NCBI GenBank assembly: GCA_003151515.1
Contig: PLXS01000037.1
Location: forward strand, 71,978-135,977
Reading direction: 5' to 3'
Source: Opitutaceae bacterium
GTDB taxonomy: Bacteria > Verrucomicrobiota > Verrucomicrobiia > Opitutales > Opitutaceae
DNA: 64,000 bases
Positions 40,670 to 51,679 of this stretch are shown here, in pieces. The first letter of the stretch is position 1. Every line of letters begins with the position of its first letter. The position numbers and the translations under genes are program-made. A model generated the notes under the pieces. It did not search any database. It was not told where the DNA came from and saw only the letters and a list, made by a program, of their open reading frames with translations.

Positions 40670-41470
40670 GTGGCGGACAAGCTGACAGAGATCATGGAGC
40701 ACAAGCGCAGGGAGCTGGCCCCGCGCATCAGGGTCGTCGCCGAGGCCGAGTTCTCGAGGCTCGACGCCTCCCTGCCCAGGGCCGGCTCGTTCCGGGCCGC
40801 CCTCACGCGCGCGGACGGCCGGCTCGCCGTGATCGCGGAGATCAAGCGGCGCTCGCCGTCCGCGGGCGACATCGCGGCGGACGCCTCGGCGCTCGGGCAG
40901 GCGCGCAAGTACCTGGCCGCGGGCGCGGACGCGCTCTCCGTGCTCACGGACGAAAAGTACTTCGGGGGGACGCTTGAGGACCTCAGGGCGGTGGCGGGCC
41001 TCGTGCGCGGCCAGAGCCCGGCTTTGCCGTGCCTTCGCAAGGACTTCTTCATCCACCCGGTCCAGGTGCTCGAGGCGCGCCAGTCCGGGGCGAGCGCCAT
41101 CCTGATCATCGTCAGGGCGCTCGGCGACGACGAGATCCGCGCGCTGCACGCGGCCGCGCTGGCCGCGGGGCTGGAGGCCCTGTTCGAGGTCCACTCCGAG
41201 GAGGAGATCGCCCGCGCCGTCTCCCACGGGGCGCAGATCATCGGCGTCAACAACCGCGACCTTTCCGTGTTCAGTACCGATCTGGCGCTGAGCGAGCGCT
41301 TGATCCCGAAGTTCCCGCGCAGCGTCGTGGCCGTCAGCGAGAGCGGCATCAACGAGGCGAGCGACGCGGGCCGGGCGAGGCGGGCGGGCGCGCGCGCCGT
41401 GCTGGTGGGCGAGGCGCTGATGCGCTCGGCCGACCCGGCCGCGCTCGTCGCCTCGTTCCGGGCAGCCTGA
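40670..41470 (+). CDS. trpC: indole-3-glycerol phosphate synthase
   Basis: 'AVIAEIKRRSPSAG', 'LSVLTDEKYFGG' and 'IGVNNRDL' are present. The GTG start at 40670 gives a typical length of about 266 aa. Confidence 0.9.
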   Translation: MADKLTEIMEHKRRELAPRIRVVAEAEFSRLDASLPRAGSFRAALTRADGRLAVIAEIKRRSPSAGDIAADASALGQARKYLAAGADALSVLTDEKYFGGTLEDLRAVAGLVRGQSPALPCLRKDFFIHPVQVLEARQSGASAILIIVRALGDDEIRALHAAALAAGLEALFEVHSEEEIARAVSHGAQIIGVNNRDLSVFSTDLALSERLIPKFPRSVVAVSESGINEASDAGRARRAGARAVLVGEALMRSADPAALVASFRAA

Positions 41471-41482
41471 CCGGGGCCGAAG

Positions 41483-42325
41483 ATGGCACTCACCCCGACG
41501 GAGACACGGGAGCTTCTCGCCAGCCTGGGCCACGCCCCGAAGCGCTTCCTCGGGCAGAACTTCCTGGTCGACGGCAACATCGTCCAGAAGTCGCTCAAGC
41601 TGGCGCAGGTCGCCCCGGGCGACGCCGTGGTCGAGATCGGCCCCGGGCTTGGCACGCTCACCGAAGCGCTGCTCGAGGCGGGGGCGCGCGTCTGGGCTGT
41701 GGAGCGCGACCGCACCCTGCACGCCTACCTGGAGGATGGCCTTGCGAGGCGTTTCGCGGGGAGGCTGCACCTCAGCGAAGGGGACGCCGTCGACCTCCCG
41801 CTTGCCGGCATCCCCCCGCATGAGGCCCCCGGGTGCAAGGTCGTCGCCAACCTCCCCTACGCCATCTCGACGCCGTGGATGGACGCCGTCCTGTCCGGGC
41901 CCCTGCCCGCGCGCATGGTGCTCATGCTGCAGCGCGAGGCCGCCGAGCGCTACCTGGCTGCGCCGGGCGGGCGTAGCTTCGGCGCGATTTCCGTGTTCCT
42001 GCAGGCGGCCTACGACGCTGCCCCGGGCCACGCCGTCAGCGCGGCCTGCTTCCATCCGCGCCCCGACGTGGACTCCGCGCTGCTCAATCTCGTCAGGAAG
42101 GGCTCGCCCCGCGTGTTCAGCGCGGGCCAGAAGGCCGTCGTCAGGCGCTGCTTCCAGCAAAGGCGCAAGCAGATGGGCTCGGTCATGCGGGAGGCCCTCG
42201 GGAGCCGGGCAAAGGAATGGACGGAACTTCTGCGCTCCGAGGGATTCTCAACTACCGTGAGGGCGGAGGCCATCCCCGTGCCTGTCTGGATCCGGCTGCT
42301 TGAGGGCAGGACGGGCTCGGCTTGA
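41483..42325 (+). CDS. rsmA: 16S rRNA (adenine1518-N6/adenine1519-N6)-dimethyltransferase
   Basis: 280 aa, with 'LGQNFLVDGNIVQK', the SAM motif 'VVEIGPGLGTLT' and 'NLPYAISTP'. Confidence 0.9.
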   Translation: MALTPTETRELLASLGHAPKRFLGQNFLVDGNIVQKSLKLAQVAPGDAVVEIGPGLGTLTEALLEAGARVWAVERDRTLHAYLEDGLARRFAGRLHLSEGDAVDLPLAGIPPHEAPGCKVVANLPYAISTPWMDAVLSGPLPARMVLMLQREAAERYLAAPGGRSFGAISVFLQAAYDAAPGHAVSAACFHPRPDVDSALLNLVRKGSPRVFSAGQKAVVRRCFQQRRKQMGSVMREALGSRAKEWTELLRSEGFSTTVRAEAIPVPVWIRLLEGRTGSA

Positions 42326-42350
42326 AAGCACCCGGCGTTTTGCCATCCTA

Positions 42351-43046
42351 ATGAAAGGCACCATGTTCAGAGCACTCTCCGTGTTGATAGCCGGCGCGGC
42401 CGCGGCAACGACTCTGGCCCAGCAGGCGGCGCCCCTCGTGGGCTCGCTGGATGCCGGCGTGTACACGTCCCCCACCGGGGCCTTCAAGATGGAGATGCCC
42501 GTGCGGCCTGAGCTCGGGGGCGCCATACACGACACCGACAACGCCGTCATCTTCCGCGACAATTTCGGAACCCTCGTAACCGTCGCGGCGTTCAAGCAGG
42601 ACGCCTCGCAGCGCTGGGAGCTCTCGACGCGCGGGATCAGGGACTACGTCATCTATTTCTTCAGGAACTTCGTCCTCGAGGATTTCAAGCACTTCTTCCC
42701 CAAGGCCCAGCTCGAAAGCGCGGGCTTCTCCGCGGACTACATGGAGGGCGCGCTCTTCACGTACATCCTGCTGCCCGGCGGGTCTATGTTCGCCAGCCAG
42801 GATCCCTTCGGGACGGCCGGCGACCCGCCCGTGGCCAAGCGGGGCAACCTGACCTTCGTCAGGAACGGCTACACCTTCGTCATCAGCACCGAGCTCTCGG
42901 AGCGGGTCACCGAGGGCACCCGCTACCACAAGACCACGGAGGAGGAGAACCAGATCCTGCGCGAGAGGCTGGTCGGCATCGTCAAGAAGATCCAGTTCGC
43001 CAAGCCGGCGCAGCCGCCGGCGCCCGCCCCAACCCAGACCCCATAG
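42351..43046 (+). CDS. secreted hypothetical protein
   Basis: The ATG at 42351 gives signal peptide 'MKGTMFRALSVLIAGAAAATTLAQ'. No motif was recognised. Confidence 0.5.
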   Translation: MKGTMFRALSVLIAGAAAATTLAQQAAPLVGSLDAGVYTSPTGAFKMEMPVRPELGGAIHDTDNAVIFRDNFGTLVTVAAFKQDASQRWELSTRGIRDYVIYFFRNFVLEDFKHFFPKAQLESAGFSADYMEGALFTYILLPGGSMFASQDPFGTAGDPPVAKRGNLTFVRNGYTFVISTELSERVTEGTRYHKTTEEENQILRERLVGIVKKIQFAKPAQPPAPAPTQTP

Positions 43047-43051
43047 CAGCC

Positions 43052-43300
43052 ATGCCCATCGCTCACCTCATCGTGTTCCTCGTCATCGGCGGGCTCGCGG
43101 GCTGGTGCGCCGGCTTGATCTCGAAGGGAAGCGGCTTCGGCGTCGCGGGCAACGTGATCGTAGGCATCATCGGGGCCGTCATCGGCGGCTTCTGCTTCGG
43201 GCTCCTGGGGATCGCAGCATTCGGATTCATCGGCCGCTTCATCTTCGCGGTCGCCGGCGCGCTCGTCTTCACCTGGCTCCTGGGCTTCATCAAGAGGTGA
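43052..43300 (+). CDS. GlsB/YeaQ/YmgE family stress-response membrane protein
   Basis: 82 aa of Gly-rich TM helices, with 'VIGGLAGWCAGLI...GIIGAVIGGF' typical of the family. Confidence 0.8.
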   Translation: MPIAHLIVFLVIGGLAGWCAGLISKGSGFGVAGNVIVGIIGAVIGGFCFGLLGIAAFGFIGRFIFAVAGALVFTWLLGFIKR

Positions 43301-43315
43301 AGCCCGGGGGCGGGC

Positions 43316-43316
<1 letters not shown>
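43301..43316. terminator. short GC hairpin between convergent stops (possible bidirectional terminator)
   Basis: AGCCCG-GGGG-CGGGCT fills the 15-nt gap between the YeaQ-like gene and icd. There is no U-tract. Confidence 0.3.
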
Positions 43317-44632
<1,316 letters not shown>

Positions 44633-44664
44633 GAGGGGCATTCCAACCGGCTGCGCGCCGCGCC

Positions 44665-45861
44665 TCAAGCCTTGAGGCGCGCGCAGAACGCCGCGAGCCG
44701 CGCCACGCCCTTCTCGATCGTCTCGTCGCTGGTCGCGTAGCTCATGCGGACATGACCCTCGGCACCGAAGGCGGCGCCCGGGACGACGGCCACCTTCTCC
44801 TTCTCCAGCAGCCTCTCGCAAAACTCGAGGGAGCCCAGGCCGAACGAGGAGATGTTGGGGAAGAGGTAGAAGGCCCCCTGGGCGAGGAGGCAGGACACGC
44901 CCGGGATGGCCGTGAGCCTCGCGTGGAGCGTGCGCCGGCGCCTGTCGAACGCGGCGAGCATCTTCTCGAGAGCCACCCGCGTCTTCTCCCCCTGCCTGAG
45001 CGCCGCGAGCGCCCCGTACTGCGCGAACGTGGTCGCGTTCGACGCCGTCTGGCTCTGGAGCTCGGCGACGGCCTTCGCGATCGGGGGCGGCGCGACGATC
45101 GTCCCCAGGCGCCATCCCGTCATGGAGTAGGACTTCGAGAAGCCCGAGGCGACGATCGTGCGCTCCTCGGCGCCCTTGCCGAGCGTCGCCAGGCAGGTCT
45201 GCTTCAGGCCGTCGTAGACCAGGTGCTCGTAGATCTCGTCGGAGAGCACGTAGAGGTTGCGGCGCTCCGCCACGGCCATGAGCGCCTCGAGCTCGGCGCG
45301 CGAGTAGACCGCGCCGGTCGGGTTGGAGGGCGAGTTGATGATGACCAGGCGCGTCCTGGGCGTGACCGCGGCCTCGAGCTGGCCCGCGGTTAGCTTGAAG
45401 CCGGAGCGGTCGCTCGCGAGGACGATCTTCGGGACCGCGCCCGCGAGCTTCACCATCTCCGGGTAGCTGACCCAGTAGGGCGCCGGGATGACGACCTCGT
45501 CGCCCGGGGAGCACACGGCCAGCACCGCCAGGTAGCACGAGAACTTGCCGCCGGGGCTGACGACGACCTGCCCCGGAAGGACCTTGAGCCCGTAGACGCT
45601 GCCGTACGACTCGGCGATGGCCCTGCGCAGCTCCTCGATGCCGCTCGTCGCCACGTATTTGGTCTTGCCGGCCTGCAGCGCCGCTGCGCAGCCGTCCTTG
45701 ATGTGCTGCGGGGTGTCGAAATCGGGCTCGCCGGCCGCGAAGCTGCAGACGTCCTCGCCGGCCGCGGCCAAGGCCTTCGCCTTCGCGTCAACGGCGAGGG
45801 TCGGCGACGGCGCGATGTTGCGTGCCCAGGACGAGAGGGGTGGAGGCGTGGAGGTTGGCAT
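44665..45861 (-). CDS. pyridoxal-phosphate-dependent aminotransferase (aspartate aminotransferase-like)
   Basis: It has '[12 protein letters not shown]', '[11 protein letters not shown]' and '[15 protein letters not shown]' (the PLP lysine motif). Confidence 0.9.
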   Translation of the reverse strand: MPTSTPPPLSSWARNIAPSPTLAVDAKAKALAAAGEDVCSFAAGEPDFDTPQHIKDGCAAALQAGKTKYVATSGIEELRRAIAESYGSVYGLKVLPGQVVVSPGGKFSCYLAVLAVCSPGDEVVIPAPYWVSYPEMVKLAGAVPKIVLASDRSGFKLTAGQLEAAVTPRTRLVIINSPSNPTGAVYSRAELEALMAVAERRNLYVLSDEIYEHLVYDGLKQTCLATLGKGAEERTIVASGFSKSYSMTGWRLGTIVAPPPIAKAVAELQSQTASNATTFAQYGALAALRQGEKTRVALEKMLAAFDRRRRTLHARLTAIPGVSCLLAQGAFYLFPNISSFGLGSLEFCERLLEKEKVAVVPGAAFGAEGHVRMSYATSDETIEKGVARLAAFCARLKA

Positions 45862-45940
45862 TAGGTGCAAAGGGCCCGAAAGGCCCAAACGCAAGAGGGG
45901 AGCTCCCGAAAAGGCGGCCCCGCCCCAAGCGGTCGTCCCT

Positions 45941-46249
45941 TCAGCGGGACTTCGATTTCGTGGTGGAGAGGGCCTCGAGGGCGAACCTCAGCAGCTCGCC
46001 CACACTGGCGTTCTTCTTCTTGGCGTAGCGCTTGAGCATGGCGCGCTGGCCTGCCCCGAGGCGCACGGAAATCTGGCGGTGGGGGTCGCGGGTCAGCCTG
46101 CAGCCCTCAAAGTCGAACTTGTCGATCGCAAGCCTCACGACCTCGCTCGCCGTCTTCAGGCCGTACTTGCGCCGGCCGCTGTCGATCCTCGTTATCAGGG
46201 ATGTCGGCAAATCAAACGTTAGCGGTGCCGAGGGTGAACGTGTGGCCAT
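45941..46249 (-). CDS. tandem ribbon-helix-helix (CopG-like) protein
   Basis: 102 aa with two RHH-like units: '[36 protein letters not shown]' and '[36 protein letters not shown]'. Confidence 0.5.
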   Translation of the reverse strand: MATRSPSAPLTFDLPTSLITRIDSGRRKYGLKTASEVVRLAIDKFDFEGCRLTRDPHRQISVRLGAGQRAMLKRYAKKKNASVGELLRFALEALSTTKSKSR

Positions 46250-46333
46250 GGCTTTAGTTGAAACCTGAACGGGGCATGAGCAGGCACCGGAGAAGCCCGC
46301 GTCGCAACGAAATTCTTTATTTTGACGCCGTCC

Positions 46334-47206
46334 TTACAACCTTTGGACCTTGCCGCCCGAGGGGGGCCCCATGCGCTCCCCGAGGAGCGAAGGGTCGAAA
46401 ACCCCCGGATCAAGGGCCACGCCGATCCCTATGGATGTCAGGCTCAGGCGCGTCTTGTTCCGGGTGGCCTCGGTTCGCACGTCCATGTCCTTGGGTATCC
46501 AGCGCTGGCCTACCTTTCTTAGCTCCAGCAGTGAAAGGGTTTTAGCAACGCCGCCGTCGGCCTTGAGGACCTCGGACTGCTCAAGGGCGTTGTACTGGGC
46601 GTCCAAGTACGCCCGGACGGCCTTGATGGCGGGGCTGCCCGCCGGGAAGTCGGCCGGGGGCGTCATCATGTAGACGTACGCCTGGCGCCCCCGTATCCGC
46701 CGCACGCCAACGAGGTCGGAGTCGAGCCAGTACAGGTAGGGCATCGGAAGCAGGTCGAACGGCGCGATCTCGACCCCCGGCACCAGGGGCGCAAGCATGG
46801 CCGCCGGGTCGGGCTTGCCGGCCCCAGGCCCGCCCGCGGTCCAGATCTGAAACTGCGGCCCACCCTGGATGAGGATGTGGCGCGAGACGCCGCCGGGCGC
46901 GCCGTCGATCTCGAACCGGGTCACCGGGCCCTCCTCGTTCCTCGACCCCCAGAAACGCCCGCTGTAGGTGCGCTCCTCCCCGTGCCGGGGCATCTGGCGC
47001 AGCTCGAATTCGCCGTAGGTGGGCTCCTGCCACACCGAGCGCCTGAACTGCCCGAGGATGGCCGCGGCCTCCTCCTTATCGGGCAAATCGGCGCCGGCCC
47101 AGGCGCCGGGGCAGACCAAGAGGGCGCCTGAAACCGCGAGCAGGACGGCTGCGCGCGGCGGGCGCAACCCATTCCACCGCGTCGGCAGCTCGCTCGAGCT
47201 CTTCAA
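46334..47206 (-). CDS. secreted protein, LolA-like lipoprotein-sorting fold (tentative)
   Basis: A TTG start at 47206, 7 nt after the secG stop, gives a signal peptide '...AAVLLAVSGALLVCPGAWA'. The Arg-rich upstream part of the ORF overlaps secG and is rejected. Confidence 0.45.
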   Translation of the reverse strand: MKSSSELPTRWNGLRPPRAAVLLAVSGALLVCPGAWAGADLPDKEEAAAILGQFRRSVWQEPTYGEFELRQMPRHGEERTYSGRFWGSRNEEGPVTRFEIDGAPGGVSRHILIQGGPQFQIWTAGGPGAGKPDPAAMLAPLVPGVEIAPFDLLPMPYLYWLDSDLVGVRRIRGRQAYVYMMTPPADFPAGSPAIKAVRAYLDAQYNALEQSEVLKADGGVAKTLSLLELRKVGQRWIPKDMDVRTEATRNKTRLSLTSIGIGVALDPGVFDPSLLGERMGPPSGGKVQRL

Positions 47207-47213
47207 GAGCCGG

Positions 47214-47594
47214 TCAGGGCTTGGGCGCCGCGGTCGGGGCCTGCTGGGCGCTCGCCGGCACCGCGACTGGCGCGGGCGATTTCGAGGGCGACGGCGCCGC
47301 GGTCGCGGAGATCGTGGGCAGCGCGGCCCCGCCCGACGCATTCGCATGCTTCCTCTCGTAGATGCGCCCCAGGTACAGGGCGAAGCTGAGCACGAAGAAC
47401 ACGATGGCGGCGTTGATCGTGGCCTTGCTGAGCACGTTGCCCGTGTCCGCCCCGAAGGTCGCCTCCGCCATGCCGCCGCCCATCGCCGCTCCCATTCCGC
47501 CGTCGGACTTCGACTTCTGAGCGAGCACCAACAGGATAAGGAAGATGGACGTCAGGATCAGGATGAACGTGAAGATGCCTAGGAGGATGCTCAT
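47214..47594 (-). CDS. secG: preprotein translocase subunit SecG
   Basis: N-terminal 'MSILLGIFTFILILTSIFLILLVLAQKSKSDGGMG' and a second TM segment match SecG. It also has a Pro/Ala-rich C-terminal extension. Confidence 0.85.
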   Translation of the reverse strand: MSILLGIFTFILILTSIFLILLVLAQKSKSDGGMGAAMGGGMAEATFGADTGNVLSKATINAAIVFFVLSFALYLGRIYERKHANASGGAALPTISATAAPSPSKSPAPVAVPASAQQAPTAAPKP

Positions 47595-47646
47595 GTCGAG
47601 GAAGGGTCAGCCAAACAGATAGGGCCCGGCTTTGTCAACGCCCGCC

Positions 47647-48564
47647 CTAAGGGGCGTCCGGGCGCTCCACCCCGAGCAGTTCGAGCAGGCGGTGCAGGTC
47701 GTCATTGCCCCGGTACTCGATCACGATCCTTCCCTTCTTGGGCGTGTGGAACACCGCGACGCGTGCCCCCAGGTGCGAGGAGAGCTTCTTCTGGATGTCC
47801 TCCACGGCCGAGGCCTCCCGGGGCGCAAGGCCCCTGGAGCGCGCCTTCGACGCTCCGAGCGCCTTGGCGGACTGCCCGAGCTTCTCGGTCGTCCTGACGC
47901 TCAGGCCCTCCTCGATCACCCGGCGGGCGAGGACCGAGCGCCGCGCGGTGTCCTCGACCCCCAGAAGCACCTTGGCGTGCCCCACGCTCAGGAGGTTCTT
48001 CGCGATGAACCCCTGGATCTCGGCGTCGAGGGCCAGCAGACGCAGGGAATTCGCCACCGCCGCCCGGCTCTTGCCCACGCGCTCCGCCGCGGTCTCCTGC
48101 GTCAGGTCGAAATCCCTGACGAGGCTCGCGTAGCCGTGCGCCTCCTCGATGGGGTTGAGCCCCTCCCTCTGGAGGTTCTCGATGAGGCCGATCGAGGCCG
48201 ATGACGCGTCGCTCGCCTCGACGATGCGCGCGGGTATCGAGCGTATCTTCAGCAGCTGGAAGGCGCGCCAGCGCCGCTCGCCGGCGATCAGCTGGAACTT
48301 CTCGCCGTGCCGGCGCACCACGATCGGCTGAAGGAGCCCCTCGCTTCGGATGCTCTCGGCAAGCTCGGCGAGCTGCTCGGCGGGGATCTCCCGGCGCGCC
48401 TGGTACGGGCTCGGCTCAATGAGGTGGACCTGGATCTCGAGGTAGCCGGCGGCGGGCGGGACATGGCCGGCCGGCGACGGCGTCGGGGCGAGCGCCGAGG
48501 GCTTCGCGGCGGATATGAGGCCGCCCAGTCCTCGGCCGAGGCGGGATTTGGGGGGATGTGCCAT
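47647..48564 (-). CDS. parB: ParB/Spo0J chromosome-partitioning protein
   Basis: The ATG at 48564 gives 'MAHPPKSRLGRGLGGLI'. 'PIVVRRHGEKFQLIAGERRWRA' (ParB box) and the HTH 'TQETAAERVGKSRAAVANSLRLL' are present. Confidence 0.9.
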   Translation of the reverse strand: MAHPPKSRLGRGLGGLISAAKPSALAPTPSPAGHVPPAAGYLEIQVHLIEPSPYQARREIPAEQLAELAESIRSEGLLQPIVVRRHGEKFQLIAGERRWRAFQLLKIRSIPARIVEASDASSASIGLIENLQREGLNPIEEAHGYASLVRDFDLTQETAAERVGKSRAAVANSLRLLALDAEIQGFIAKNLLSVGHAKVLLGVEDTARRSVLARRVIEEGLSVRTTEKLGQSAKALGASKARSRGLAPREASAVEDIQKKLSSHLGARVAVFHTPKKGRIVIEYRGNDDLHRLLELLGVERPDAP

Positions 48565-48586
48565 TGTTAAGGGGCCCGGAGCCGGC

Positions 48587-49207
48587 CTACTTGCCGCCCG
48601 GGATGAAGAGGACCTGGCCCGCCTGGATCCGCGAGGGGTCGGCGAGCCTGTTCGCATCGATGATGTCCTGGGCCCTGGCGCCCGTCTTCTTCGCTATCGT
48701 GCCGACCGAGTCGCCCTTGACGACGGTGTAGCTCACGCCCTCCTTGGGGTACGAGCTTGCGAACGCCGGCTTTGCGGCCTCGGGCTGGGCGCCGGGATGG
48801 GACTGGACCGCGGGGGTGCCGGGGCGCGCGAGCGAGTCCAGGGCCGCGTTGGTCTGCTTCGCAAGGACCTCCATCTGCCGGGCCACCTGCTCGAGGATCT
48901 CCTTGCGGGACGACTCGACGGCGGACTTGATCGAGCCATTCAGGTCCGCCACAGCCCCGTTGAGCTGGGCCGCCGTCACGACATCGCGCGCGCCCTCGAG
49001 GGCGCCCACCTTCGCCTTGAGCTTGGCATTCTCGTGCTCGAGCTGCTCGACGCGCAGGGACAGGTCGCCCAGGCGCTGGTTGAGGCCCCGGATGTCCTCG
49101 CGCATGTCGGCGACGTCCGCCTGCGCCGACGCCGTGGGTGCCCCGAATGGAGCGGCAAGGGCGGCGCAAACGAGCGCCGTGCGGCTAAGAACGGACCTGC
49201 CAGGCAT
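48587..49207 (-). CDS. LysM peptidoglycan-binding protein with coiled-coil
   Basis: It has a signal peptide and a heptad-rich region 'LNQRLGDLSLRVEQLEHENAKLKAKVGALE'. The C-terminal LysM domain reads 'YTVVKGDSVGTIAKKTGARAQDIIDANRL...AGQVLFIP'. Confidence 0.8.
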   Translation of the reverse strand: MPGRSVLSRTALVCAALAAPFGAPTASAQADVADMREDIRGLNQRLGDLSLRVEQLEHENAKLKAKVGALEGARDVVTAAQLNGAVADLNGSIKSAVESSRKEILEQVARQMEVLAKQTNAALDSLARPGTPAVQSHPGAQPEAAKPAFASSYPKEGVSYTVVKGDSVGTIAKKTGARAQDIIDANRLADPSRIQAGQVLFIPGGK

Positions 49208-49262
49208 TAGGCGGCAATCTGGCCAAAAGACCCCCTGAAAACAAGCGGCATGTGGCGCCCGC

Positions 49263-50270
49263 TCAGCGGCCGAACGGCTTTGCGGCGACAAGCGCAGGCA
49301 TCGGCCGGGACGGCAACGGCGTTGCGGGCGCAACCGGGAATCCCCGAAGGAACTCCGGAGCGTCGAGCATGCGGCCGCCGGGCCTCTGCAGGCGCCGGAC
49401 GCGAAGCACCCCGAGGCCCGTGGCGACGAGCAGGCCCAGGGCGTCCGCGCCCAAGACCGAGCCCGGGGGCCCGGCGGGGCCGCCGTCCAGGGCGTCGGCC
49501 AGGCCAAACTTGACCTGAACCCCCGCGACATCGCAGGCGACCCCGGGCCACGGGCTAAGCCCGTTTATGCGCGCGGCGAGGGCCCGCGCGGGCGCGCAGA
49601 AGTCGAGCACCCCGTCCTCCCTGGTCAGACGCCGGCAGAAGCTCGCCGACGCGTGATCCTGCACGGCGAACGAAAGCTGCCCGCGCTCAAGCAGCGGAAG
49701 GGACCTGGCGAGGAGTGTCACAGCCGCTGCGGCAAGCCGGGACTCGACCTCGGCCGCGGTGTCCAGCGGCCCAATCGGCACCCTCTCCTCGCCTGCGACC
49801 GGGCCCGCGTCCAGCTCACGCACAATCCTCATGAGCGTCATCCCGGTGACCGCGTCCCCGGACGCTACCGCCGCCTGGACGGGCGAGGCTCCGCGGTAGC
49901 GCGGAAGGAGCGAGGCGTGCAGGTTGAGCGTCCCGAGTCGCGGAAGGGCGATGAACGCGTCCCGCAGGATGTGCCCGTAGGCCGCGACAAGGACAATGTC
50001 CGGGCGAAGCGCGGCCAGGGCGCCCAGAGCCGCCTCGTCCGGCCTCCCGGGCTGCATGACGGCGAGCGGGCGCCCCGCTGCCCAGGCCTTGACCGCGTTC
50101 GGCCTCACCTCCTGCCCGCGCCCGGCGGGCCGGTCGGGGCCCGTCACGACGCCCACGAGCCGCGCGCACTCTGCCCCTCCCCCCGCGAACCAATCCAGGA
50201 GCGGGATCGCGATCGGGTCCGATCCCATGAAGGCGAGTCTGGGCGGCTGGCGCACGTTGGTCATTTCCAT
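49263..50270 (-). CDS. fmt: methionyl-tRNA formyltransferase
   Basis: It has 'RLAFMGSDPIAIPLL', 'NLHASLLPRYRGASPVQ' and a C-terminal Fmt domain. Confidence 0.9.
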   Translation of the reverse strand: MEMTNVRQPPRLAFMGSDPIAIPLLDWFAGGGAECARLVGVVTGPDRPAGRGQEVRPNAVKAWAAGRPLAVMQPGRPDEAALGALAALRPDIVLVAAYGHILRDAFIALPRLGTLNLHASLLPRYRGASPVQAAVASGDAVTGMTLMRIVRELDAGPVAGEERVPIGPLDTAAEVESRLAAAAVTLLARSLPLLERGQLSFAVQDHASASFCRRLTREDGVLDFCAPARALAARINGLSPWPGVACDVAGVQVKFGLADALDGGPAGPPGSVLGADALGLLVATGLGVLRVRRLQRPGGRMLDAPEFLRGFPVAPATPLPSRPMPALVAAKPFGR

Positions 50271-51679
50271 CCGCTTCGGTCGACCTCGTCGCCGCGGGGC
50301 TTGCCCACCAGCTCAAACTCGACCGGGCAGCCGCTCAGGCTGAACTCCTTGACCAGGCCGGCCTCGAGGTACCGGCGGTAGCTCTCGGTCAGTCGCTCCT
50401 CGCGGTTGCAGAAGATCCTCACGCGAAACGGCCTGTTTCCCGTCTGCGTGGCGTAGTAGATCTTGAACCGGCGCGCCCCGATGGCCGGGGGCGGCGTGCG
50501 CCCGGCCAGCTGCGAGAGCGTCTCGTTCAACCGCGCCGTGGGCAGCTTCTTGTCGAGGGTGCGGTACAGCCTGACCGCGGAGTTGAGCATCCGGTCGACC
50601 TCGTAGCCGCTCACCGCGGAAACGAACACCAGGGGCGCGCCCGGCGTGAAGAAGAGCCGCTCAAAGAGCGCGTGCTCGTACTTCTCGCGGTAGTCGCGCT
50701 CGCTCTTGTAGCCGGGTATCCCGCCCCCGCTCCTGAACGCCTCGCGCACGAGGTCCCACTTGTTGACGACGATGGCGATCGGCTTCCTCTCCTTGATCGC
50801 CTCGCCGGCGATGGCCTTGTCCTGCTGCGTCACGCCCTCCACGGCGTCCAGGACGAGGAAGACGACATCCGCGCGCTGCATCGCGTCCAGGGAGCGCAGC
50901 CGCGCGAAATACTCGACCGACGACGCGAGCTTGGTGGCGGCCTTGATGCCCGCCGTGTCGATCAGTCTGAACGGGTAAAGCCGCCCGTCGCGCCCCTTGA
51001 ACTCGAACGGGAGCTCCACCGCGTCGCGCGTCGTGCCCGCGGTCTCGTTCACGATCAGGCGGTCGCTGCGCATCAGCTTGTTCGCAAGCGAGGACTTCCC
51101 GACGTTGGGCCGGCCGATGAAGCAGATGCAGATGGAGCCCGGCGCCTGCCCCCGCTCGCCGGCCCCCTCCCCTGGCGCGGCTGCGCCCAGCCGGCCGAGG
51201 ATCGCGCGGCGCAGCTCGGACTCGCCGCGGCCGTGCTCGGCCGAGACATACAGCGGCTCGCCCAGACCGAGGCCGGCGACCCCCTGCATGTCGGCCTTGT
51301 CCTCGTCGAAATCGGCCTTGTTGACCACGACGATGACGGGCTTGCCGCCGCGCCTGAGGCGCTCGGCGATGCGCGAGTCCAGGGCCGTCACCTGCTCAAG
51401 CCCGTCGATCACGAAGAGGATGAGCGAGGCCGTGTCTATCGCGAAGCCTACCTGGCGCTCCGACGCCTCGATTATCGAGGCGCTCGAGGTTTCGCCGTGG
51501 CGCAGCCCTATGCCGCCCGTGTCCAGGAGGGTGTAGCCGTCGGCGACCTCCGCCGACAGGACGTCGCGGGTGACGCCCGGCTGGTCGTGCACGATGGAGA
51601 TCCTCTTTCGCGCGAGCCGGTTGAAGAGGCGGCTCTTGCCGACATTGGGGCGGCCTACGATGACGACGGTGCGGGACAT
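50261..51679 (-). CDS. der: ribosome biogenesis GTPase Der (EngA)
   Basis: It has two G domains, 'IVGRPNVGKSRLFN' and 'FIGRPNVGKSSLAN', plus a KH-like C-terminus. Confidence 0.95.
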   Translation of the reverse strand: MSRTVVIVGRPNVGKSRLFNRLARKRISIVHDQPGVTRDVLSAEVADGYTLLDTGGIGLRHGETSSASIIEASERQVGFAIDTASLILFVIDGLEQVTALDSRIAERLRRGGKPVIVVVNKADFDEDKADMQGVAGLGLGEPLYVSAEHGRGESELRRAILGRLGAAAPGEGAGERGQAPGSICICFIGRPNVGKSSLANKLMRSDRLIVNETAGTTRDAVELPFEFKGRDGRLYPFRLIDTAGIKAATKLASSVEYFARLRSLDAMQRADVVFLVLDAVEGVTQQDKAIAGEAIKERKPIAIVVNKWDLVREAFRSGGGIPGYKSERDYREKYEHALFERLFFTPGAPLVFVSAVSGYEVDRMLNSAVRLYRTLDKKLPTARLNETLSQLAGRTPPPAIGARRFKIYYATQTGNRPFRVRIFCNREERLTESYRRYLEAGLVKEFSLSGCPVEFELVGKPRGDEVDRSGWK

